NCBI RefSeq assembly: GCF_036321535.1
Contig: NC_087436.1
Span: 744,001-808,000 of the forward strand
Source: Camelus dromedarius
Lineage: Eukaryota
Length of the DNA: 64,000 bases
Direction of reading: 5' to 3'
Below the pieces are notes generated by a model. It was not told the DNA's origin. It saw only the letters and a list, made by a program, of their open reading frames with translations, and made no database searches. Both the position numbers and the translations under genes were made by a program. Shown one piece after another: positions 54,801 to 64,000 of this stretch; the stretch's first letter is position 1, and the number at the start of each line of letters is the position of its first letter.

Positions 54801-57492
54801 TCGTTCATGTAGCACCAAGGGAACGGGTTGCAGGAGACACTTTTTCTCTGCTTTCTCAGTCTGTTTCCTAGTGCCGGTTTGAAGTTCCTGCAGTTTTCAT
54901 TGTCAAACCGATTTGGAGCTAGTATCTCCCCTTATATATGTATGGAATGGAGTTTACAACTGAAAAGAAACTTTGTGTTCCCAACAAGCTTGGTGAAGAG
55001 CGGCTTTCACACACACTTATCTCTCAGAACTGAGCAAGTGGAGAGACGTTCGTTCATCCAGCACCAAGGGAACGGGTTGCAGGAGACAATTTTTCTCTGC
55101 TTTCTCAGTCTGTTTCCTAGTGCCGGTTTGAAGTTCCTGCAGTTATCACTGTAAAACCGAGTTGGAGCTTGTACCTCCCCATAAATATGTATGGAAAGGA
55201 GTTTGCAACTGAAAAGAAACTTTGTGTTCCCAACAAGCTAGGTGAAGGACGGCTTTCACACACTCTTATCTCTCAGAACTGAGCAAGTGGAGAGACGTTC
55301 GTTCATCTAGCACCAAGGGAACGGGTTGCAGGAGACACTTTTTCTCTGCTTTCTCAGTCTGTTTCCTAGTGCCGGTTTGAAGTTCCTGCAGTTTTCACTG
55401 TGAAACCCAGTTGGAGCTTCTACCTCCCCATATATATGTATGGAATGGAGTTTGCAACTGAAAAGAAACTTTGTGTTCCCAACAAGCTAGGTGAAGGACC
55501 GCTTTCACACACACTTATCTCTCAGAACTGAGCAAGTGGAGAGACGTTCGTTCATGTAGCACAAAGGGAACGGGTTGCAGGAGACACTTATTCTCTGCAT
55601 TTTCAGTCTGTTTCCTAGTGCCGGTTTGAAGTTCCTGCAGTTTTCACTGTCAAACCGAGTTGGAGCTAGTACCTCCCCATATATATGTATGGAATTGAGT
55701 TGGCAACTGAAAAGAAACTTTGTGTTCCGAACAAGCTAGGTGAAGGACGGCTTTCACACACACTTATCTCTCAGAACTGAGCAAGTGGAGAGACGTTTTT
55801 TCATGTAGCAGCAAGGGAACGGGTTGCAGGAGACACTTTTTCTCTGCTTCCTCAGTCTGTTTCCTAGTGCCGGTTTGAAGTTCCTGCAGTTTTCACTGTA
55901 AAACCGAGTTGGAGCTTGTACCTCCCCATATATATGTATGGAATGGAGTTTGCAACTGAAAAGAAACTTTGTGTTCCCAACAAGCTAGGTGAAGTACGGC
56001 TTTCACACACACTTATCTCTCAGAACTGAGCAAGTGGAGAGACGTTCGTTCATGTAGCACAAAGGGAACGGGTTGCAGGAGACACTTTTTCTCTGCTTTC
56101 TCAGTCTGTTTCCTAGTGCCGGTTTGAAGTTCCTGCAGTTTTCACTCTCAAACCGAGTTGGAGCTAGTACCTCCCAATATATATGTATGGAATTGAGTTG
56201 GCAACTGAAAAGAAACTTTGTGTTCCCAAAAAGATAGGTGAAGGACGGCTTTCACACACACTTATCTCTCAGAACTGAGCAAGTGGAGAGACGTTCTTTC
56301 ATGTAGCACCAAGGGAACGGGTTGCCGGAGACACTTTTTCTCTGCTTCCTCAGTCTGTTTCCTAGTGCCGGTTTGAAGTTCCTGCAGTTTTCACTGTAAA
56401 ACCGAGTTGGAGCTTGTACCTCCCCATATATATGTATGGAATGGAGTTTGCAACTGAAAAGAAACTTTGTGTTCCCAACAAGCTAGGTGAAGGACGGCTT
56501 TCACACACACTTATCTCTCAGAACTGAGCAAGTGGAGAGACGTTCGTTCATCTAGCACCAAGGGAACGGGTTGCAGGAGACACTTTTTCTCTGCTTTCTC
56601 AGTCTGTTTCCTAGTGCCGGTTTGAAGTTCCTGCAGTTTTCACTGTGAAACAGAGTTGGAGCTTCTACCTCCCCATATATATGTATGGAATGGAGTTCGC
56701 AACTGAAAAGAAACTTTGTGTTCCCAACAAGCTAGGTGAAGGACGGCTTTCACACACACTTATCTCTCAGAACAGAGCAATTGGAGAGACGTTCGTTCAT
56801 CTAGCACCAAGGGAACGCGTTGCAGGAGACACTTTTTCTCTGCTTTCTCAGTCTGTTTCCTAGTGCCGGTTTGAAGTTCCTGCAGTTTTCACTGTCAACC
56901 CGAGTTGGAGCTAGTACCTCCCCATATATATGTATGGAATGGAGTTTGCAACTGAAAAGAAACTTTGTGTTCCCAACAAGCAAGGTGAAGGACGGCTTTC
57001 ACATGCACATATCTCTCAGAACTGAGCAAGTGGAGAGATGTTCGTTCATCTAGCACCAAGGGAACGGGTTGCAGGAGACACTTTTTCTCTGCTTTCTCAG
57101 TCTGTTTCCTAGTGCCGGTTTGAAGTTCCTGCAGTTTTAATTGTCAAACCGATTTGGAGCTAGTATCTCCCCATATATATGTATGGAATGGAGTTTACAA
57201 CTGAAAAGAAACTTTGTGTTCCCAACAAGCTTGGTGAAGAGCGGCTTTCACACACACATATCTCTCAGAACTGAGCAAGTGGAGAGACGTTCGTTCATCC
57301 AGCACCAAGGGAACGGGTTGCAGGAGACACTTTTTCTCTGCTTTCTCAGTCTGTTTCCTAGTGCCGGTTTGAAGTTCCTGCAGTTATCACTGTAAAACCG
57401 AGTTGGAGCTTGTACCTCCCCATATATATGTATGGAATGGAGTTTGCAACTGAAAAGAAACTTTGTGTTCCCAACAAGCTAGGTGAAGGACG

Positions 57493-60400
57493 GCTTTCAC
57501 ACACACTTATCTCTCAGAACTGAGCAAGTGGAGAGACGTTCGTTCATCTAGCACCAAGGGAACGGGTTGCAGGAGACACTTTTTCTCTGCTTTCTCAGTC
57601 TGTTTCCTAGTGCCGGTTTGAAGTTCCTGCAGTTTTCACTGTGAAACAGAGTTGGAGCTAGTACCTCCCCATATATATGTATGGAATGGAGTTTGCAACT
57701 GAAAAGAAACTTTGTTTTCCCAACAAGCTAGGTGAAGGACGGCTTTCACACACACTTATCTCTCAGAACAGAGCAATTGGAGAGACGTTCGTTCATCTAG
57801 CACCAAGGGAACGCGTTGCAGGAGACACTTTTTCTCTGCTTTCTCAGTCTGTTTCCTAGTGCCGGTTTGAAGTTCCTGCAGTTTTCACTGTCAACCCGAG
57901 TTGGAGCTAGTACCTCCCCATATATATGTATGGAATGGAGTTTGCAACTGAAAAGAAACTTTGTGTTCCCAACAAGCAAGGTGAAGGACGGCTTTCACAC
58001 GCACATATCTCTCAGAACTGAGCAAGTGGAGCGATGTTCGTTCATCTAGCACCAAGGGAACGGGTTGCAGGAGACACTTTTTCTCTGCTTTCTCAGTCTG
58101 TTTCCTAGTGCCGGTTTGAAGTTCCTGCAGTTTTCATTGTCAAACCGATTTGGAGCTAGTATCTCCCCATATATATGTATGGAATGGAGTTTACAACTGA
58201 AAAGAAACTTTGTGTTCCCAACAAGCTTGGTGAAGAGCGGCTTTCACACACACTTATCTCTCAGAACTGAGCAAGTGGAGAGACGTTCGTTCATCCAGCA
58301 CCAAGGGAACGGGTTGCAGGAGACACTTTTTCTCTGCTTTCTCAGTCTGTTTCCTATTGCCGGTTTGAAGTTCCTGCAGTTATCACTGTAAAACCGAGTT
58401 GTAGCTTGTACCTCCCCATATATATGTATGGAATGGAGTTTGCAACTGAAAAGAAACTTTGTGTTCCCAACAAGCTAGGTGAAGGACGGCTTTCACACAC
58501 ACTTATCTCTCAGAACTGAGCAAGTGGAGAGACGTTCGTTCATCTAGCACCAAGGGAACGGGTTGCAGGAGACACTTTTTCTCTGTTTTCTCAGTCTGTT
58601 TCCTAGTGCCGGTTTGAAGTTCCTGCAGTTTTCACTGTGAAACCCAGTTGGAGCTTCTACCTCCCCATATATATGTATGGAATGGAGTTTGCAACTGAAA
58701 AGAAACTTTGTGTTCCCAACAAGCAAGGTGAAGGACGGCTTTCACACACACTTATCTCTCAGAACTGAGCAAGTGGAGAGACGTTCGTTCATCTAGCACC
58801 AAGGGAACGGGTTGCAGGAGACACTTTTTCTCTGCTTTCTCAGTCTGTTTCCTAGTGCCGGTTTGAAGTTCCTGCAGTTTTCACTGTCAATCCGAGTTGG
58901 AGCTAGTACCTCCCCGTATATATGTATGGAATGGAGTTTGCAACTGAAAAGAAACTTTGTGTTCCCAACAAGCTAGGTGAAGGACGGCTTTCACACACAT
59001 TTATCTCTCAGAACTGAGCAAGTGGAGAGACGTTCGTTCATGTAGCACCAAGGGAACGAGTTGCAGGAGACACTTTTTCTTTACTTTCTCAGTCTGTTTC
59101 CTAGTGCCGGTTTGAAGTTCCTGCAGTTTTCACTGTGAAACCCAGTTGGAGCTTCTACCTCCCCATATATATGTATGGAATGGAGTTTGCAACTGAAAAG
59201 AAACTTTGTGTTCCCAACAAGCTAGGTGAAGGACCGCTTTCACACACACTTATCTCTCAGAACTGAGCAAGTGGAGAGACGTTCGTTCATCTAGCACCAA
59301 GGGAACGGGTTGCAGGAGACACTTTTTCTCTGCTTTCTCAGTCTGTTTCCTAGTGCCGGTTTGAAGTTCCTGCAGTTTTCACTGTGAAACAGAGTTGGAG
59401 CTAGTACCTCCCCATATATATGTATGGAATGGAGTTTGCAACTGAAAAGAAACTTTGTTTTCCCAACAAGCTAGGTGAAGGACGGCTTTCACACACACTT
59501 ATCTCTCAGAACAGAGCAATTGGAGAGACGTTCGTTCATCTAGCACCAAGGGAACGCGTTGCAGGAGACACTTTTTCTCTGCTTTCTCAGTCTGTTTCCT
59601 AGTGCCGGTTTGAAGTTCCTGCAGTTTTCACTGTCAACCCGAGTTGGAGCTAGTACCTCCCCATATATATGTATGGAATGGAGTTTGCAACTGAAAAGAA
59701 ACTTTGTGTTCCCAACAAGCAAGGTGAAGGACGGCTTTCACACGCACATATCTCTCAGAACTGAGCAAGTGGAGCGATGTTCGTTCATCTAGCACCAAGG
59801 GAACGGGTTGCAGGAGACACTTTTTCTCTGCTTTCTCAGTCTGTTTCCTAGTGCCGGTTTGAAGTTCCTGCAGTTTTCATTGTCAAACCGATTTGGAGCT
59901 AGTATCTCCCCATATATATGTATGGAATGGAGTTTACAACTGAAAAGAAACTTTGTGTTCCCAACAAGCTTGGTGAAGAGCGGCTTTCACACACACTTAT
60001 CTCTCAGAACTGAGCAAGTGGAGAGACGTTCGTTCATCCAGCACCAAGGGAACGGGTTGCAGGAGACACTTTTTCTCTGCTTTCTCAGTCTGTTTCCTAT
60101 TGCCGGTTTGAAGTTCCTGCAGTTATCACTGTAAAACCGAGTTGTAGCTTGTACCTCCCCATATATATGTATGGAATGGAGTTTGCAACTGAAAAGAAAC
60201 TTTGTGTTCCCAACAAGCTAGGTGAAGGACGGCTTTCACACACACTTATCTCTCAGAACTGAGCAAGTGGAGAGACGTTCGTTCATCTAGCACCAAGGGA
60301 ACGGGTTGCAGGAGACACTTTTTCTCTGTTTTCTCAGTCTGTTTCCTAGTGCCGGTTTGAAGTTCCTGCAGTTTTCACTGTGAAACCCAGTTGGAGCTTC

Positions 60401-61013
60401 TACCTCCCCATATATATGTATGGAATGGAGTTTGCAACTGAAAAGAAACTTTGTGTTCCCAACAAGCAAGGTGAAGGACGGCTTTCACACACACTTATCT
60501 CTCAGAACTGAGCAAGTGGAGAGACGTTCGTTCATCTAGCACCAAGGGAACGGGTTGCAGGAGACACTTTTTCTCTGCTTTCTCAGTCTGTTTCCTAGTG
60601 CCGGTTTGAAGTTCCTGCAGTTTTCACTGTCAATCCGAGTTGGAGCTAGTACCTCCCCGTATATATGTATGGAATGGAGTTTGCAACTGAAAAGAAACTT
60701 TGTGTTCCCAACAAGCTAGGTGAAGGACGGCTTTCACACACATTTATCTCTCAGAACTGAGCAAGTGGAGAGACGTTCGTTCATGTAGCACCAAGGGAAC
60801 GAGTTGCAGGAGACACTTTTTCTTTATTTTCTCAGTCTGTTTCCTAGTGCCGGTTTGAAGTTCCTGCAGTTTTCACTGTGAAACCCAGTTGGAGCTTCTA
60901 CCTCCCCATATATATGTATGGAATGGAGTTTGCAACTGAAAAGAAACTTTGTGTTCCCAACAAGCTAGGTGAAGGACCGCTTTCACACACACTTATCTCT
61001 CAGAACTGAGCAA
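57493..61013 (+). repeat. 7-monomer (1743-bp) tandem duplication
   Basis: ORFs 57677/59420, 57816/59559, 58065/59808 and 58544/60287 differ by 1743 (7x249). The variants TTTGTTTTCC, GGAGCGATG, CCTATTGCC and GTTGTAGC were seen only in these two copies. Confidence 0.93.
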
Positions 61014-64000
61014 CTGGAGAGACGTTCGTTCATGTAGCACAAAGAGAAAGGGTTGCAGGAGGCACTTATTCTCTGCATTTTCAGTCTGTTTCCTAGTGCC
61101 GGTTTGAAGTTCCTGCAGTTTTCACTGTCAAACCGAGTTGGAGCTAGTACCTCCCCATATATATGTATTGAATTGAGTTGGCAACTGAAAAGAAACTTTG
61201 TGTTCCCAACAAGCTAGGTGAAGGACGGCTTTCACACACACTTATCTCTCAGAACTGAGCAAGTGGAGAGACGTTCGTTCATCTAGCACCAAGGGAACGG
61301 GTTGCAGGAGACACTTTTTCTCTGCTTCCTCAGTCTGTTTCCTAGTGCCGGTTTGAAGTTCCTGCAGTTTTCACTGTAAAACCGAGTTGGAGCTTGTACC
61401 TCCCCATGTATATGTATGGAATGGAGTTTGCAACTGAAAAGAAACTTTGTGTTCCCAACAAGCTAGGTGAAGGACGGCTTTCACACACACTTATCTCTCA
61501 GAACTGAGCAAGTGGAGAGACGTTCGTTCATCTAGCACCAAGGGAACGGGTTGCAGGAGACACTTTTTCTCTGCTTTCTCAGTCTGTTTCCTAGTGCCGG
61601 TTTGAAGTTCCTGCAGTTTTCACTGTGAAACCGAGTTGGAGCTTCTACCTCCCAATATATATGTATGGAATGGAGTTTGCAACTGAAAAGAAACTTTGTG
61701 TTCCCAACAAGCTAGGTGAAGGACGGCTTTCACACACACTTATCTCTCAGAACAGAGCAATTGGAGAGACGTTCGTTCATCTAGCACCAAGGGAACGCGT
61801 TGCAGGAGACATTTTTTCTCTGCTTTCTCAGTCTGTTTCCTAGTGCCGGTTTGAAGTTCCTGCAGTTTTCACTGTGAAACCGAGTTGGAGCTTCTACCTC
61901 CCAATATATATGTATGGAATGGAGTTTGCAACTGAAGAGAAACTTTGTGTTCCCAACAAGCAAGATGAAGGACGGCTTTCACACGCACATATCTCTCAGA
62001 ACTGAGCAAGTGGAGAGATGTTCGTTCATCTAGCACAAAGGGAACGGGTTGCAGGAGACACTTTTTCTCTGCTTTCTCAGTCTGTTTCCTAGTGCCGGTT
62101 TGAAGTTCCTGCAGTTATCACTGTAAAACCGAGTTGGAGCTTGTACCTCCCCATATATATGTATGGAATGGAGTTTGCAACTGAAAAGAAACTTTGTGTT
62201 CCCAACAAGCTAGGTGAAGGACGGCTTTCACACACACTTATCTCTCAGAACTGAGCAAGTGGAGAGACGTTCGTTCATCTAGCACCAAGGGAACGGGTTG
62301 CAGGAGACACTTTTTCTCTGTTTTCTCAGTCTGTTTCCTAGTGCCGGTTTGAAGTTCCTGCAGTTTTCACTGTGAAACCCAGTTGGAGCTTCTACCTCCC
62401 CATATATATGTATGGAATGGAGTTTGCAACTGAAAAGAAACTTTGTGTTCCCAACAAGCAAGGTGAAGGACGGCTTTCACACACACTTATCTCTCAGAAC
62501 TGAGCAAGTGGAGAGACGTTCGTTCATCTAGCACCAAGGGAACGGGTTGCAGGAGACACTTTTTCTCTGCTTTCTCAGTCTGTTTCCTAGTGCCGGTTTG
62601 AAGTTCCTGCAGTTTTCACTGTCAATCCGAGTTGGAGCTAGTACCTCCCCGTATATATGTATGGAATGGAGTTTGCAACTGAAAAGAAACTTTGTGTTCC
62701 CAACAAGCTAGGTGAAGGACGGCTTTCACACACATTTATCTCTCAGAACTGAGCAAGTGGAGAGACGTTCGTTCATGTAGCACCAAGGGAACGAGTTGCA
62801 GGAGACACTTTTTCTTTACTTTCTCAGTCTGTTTCCTAGTGCCGGTTTGAAGTTCCTGCAGTTTTCACTGTGAAACCCAGTTGGAGCTTCTACCTCCCCA
62901 TATATATGTATGGAATGGAGTTTGCAACTGAAAAGAAACTTTGTGTTCCCAACAAGCTAGGTGAAGGACCGCTTTCACACACACTTATCTCTCAGAACTG
63001 AGCAACTGGAGAGACGTTCGTTCATGTAGCACAAAGAGAAAGGGTTGCAGGAGACACTTATTCTCTGCATTTTCAGTCTGTTTCCTAGTGCCGGTTTGAA
63101 GTTCCTGCAGTTTTCACTGTGAAACAGAGTTGGAGCTTCTACCTCCCCATATATATGTATGGAATGGAGTTTGCAACTGAAAAGAAACTTTGTGTTCCCA
63201 ACAAGCTAGGTGAAGGACGGCTTTCACACACACTTATCTCTCAGAACAGAGCAATTGGAGAGACGTTCGTTCATCTAGCACCAAGGGAACGCGTTGCAGG
63301 AGACACTTTTTCTCTGATTTCTCAGTCTGTTTCCTAGTGCCGGTTTGAAGTTCCTGCAGTTTTCACTGTCAACCCGAGTTGGAGCTAGTACCTCCCCATA
63401 TATATGTATGGAATGGAGTTTGCAACTGAAAAGAAACTTTGTGTTCCCAACAAGCAAGGTGAAGGACGGCTTTCACACGCACATATCTCTCAGAACTGAG
63501 CAAGTGGAGAGATGTTCGTTCATCTAGCACCAAGGGAACGGGTTGCAGGAGACACTTTTTCTCTGCTTTCTCAGTCTGTTTCCTAGTGCCGGTTTGAAGT
63601 TCCTGCAGTTTTCATTGTCAAACCGATTTGGAGCTAGTATCTCCCCATATATATGTATGGAATGGAGTTTACAACTGAAAAGAAACTTTGTGTTCCCAAC
63701 AAGCTTGGTGAAGAGCGGCTTTCACACACACTTATCTCTCAGAACTGAGCAAGTGGAGAGACGTTCGTTCATCCAGCACCAAGGGAACGGGTTGCAGGAG
63801 ACACTTTTTCTCTGCTTTCTCAGTCTGTTTCCTAGTGCCGGTTTGAAGTTCCTGCAGTTTTCACTGTCAACCCGAGATGGAGCTAGTACCTCCCCATATA
63901 TATGTATGGAATGGAGTTTGCAACTGAAAAGAAACTTTGTGTTCCCAACAAGCAAGGTGAAGGACGGCTTTCACACGCACATATCTCTCAGAACTGAGCA
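60147..64000 (+). repeat. Second copy of the long-range duplicated block (first copy 29280-33133), truncated by the window end
   Basis: Constant 30867-bp offset from the first copy. I noticed only about three substitutions between the copies by eye (near 60827, 61811 and 31892). Confidence 0.92.

Larger units (their letters stand above)
1..64000 (+). repeat. 249-bp tandem satellite DNA array, about 257 head-to-tail monomers, open at both window ends
   Basis: The CGGCTTTCAC motif recurs at 1, 250, 499 and so on to 63965 (257 periods, 29 bp short of 257x249). Consensus: CGGCTTTCACACACACTTATCTCTCAGAACTGAGCAAGTGGAGAGACGTTCGTTCATCTAGCACCAAGGGAACGGGTTGCAGGAGACACTTTTTCTCTGCTTTCTCAGTCTGTTTCCTAGTGCCGGTTTGAAGTTCCTGCAGTTTTCACTGTAAAACCGAGTTGGAGCTTGTACCTCCCCATATATATGTATGGAATGGAGTTTGCAACTGAAAAGAAACTTTGTGTTCCCAACAAGCTAGGTGAAGGA (113/249 G+C). 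Nearly every monomer carries a PstI site (CTGCAG). Confidence 0.99.

Noticed and set aside
169..63955. Many 60-160 aa ORFs on both strands
   Set aside because: All are translations of the same monomer. Because 249 is divisible by 3, frames recur, and ORF length depends only on chance loss of stop codons. No recognisable domain, and they overlap on both strands.
1..64000. CRISPR-like or repeat-spacer array
   Set aside because: There are no unique spacers. The variable positions are point variants in a full-length repeated unit, and there are no cas-like genes.
1..64000. Inversions or transposon insertions
   Set aside because: None seen. Orientation and phase are continuous, and the total length is fully accounted for by 257 monomers minus 29 bp of small deletions.

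Overview
The whole 64 kb window is one uninterrupted, head-to-tail tandem array of a 249-bp monomer (about 257 copies, about 45% GC). It has the architecture of a eukaryotic satellite DNA, plausibly centromeric or pericentromeric; I cannot assign the species or a named family. I see no genes, RNA genes, mobile elements, unique spacers or strand switches, and all listed ORFs are translations of the repeat. The interest is in the array structure. (i) The monomer looks like an ancient dimer of about 124+125 bp, rich in short dyad symmetries and without a canonical CENP-B box. (ii) Monomer variants form irregular, nested higher-order duplications of 1, 2, 3, 6, 7, 8, 9 and 14 monomers. (iii) A near-identical block recurs 30,867 bp (124 monomers) downstream and runs off the window end. 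(iv) Chimeric monomers mark recombination breakpoints and were later amplified. (v) Every length variant I found is a deletion. Boundaries were read by eye from diagnostic variants and are approximate.
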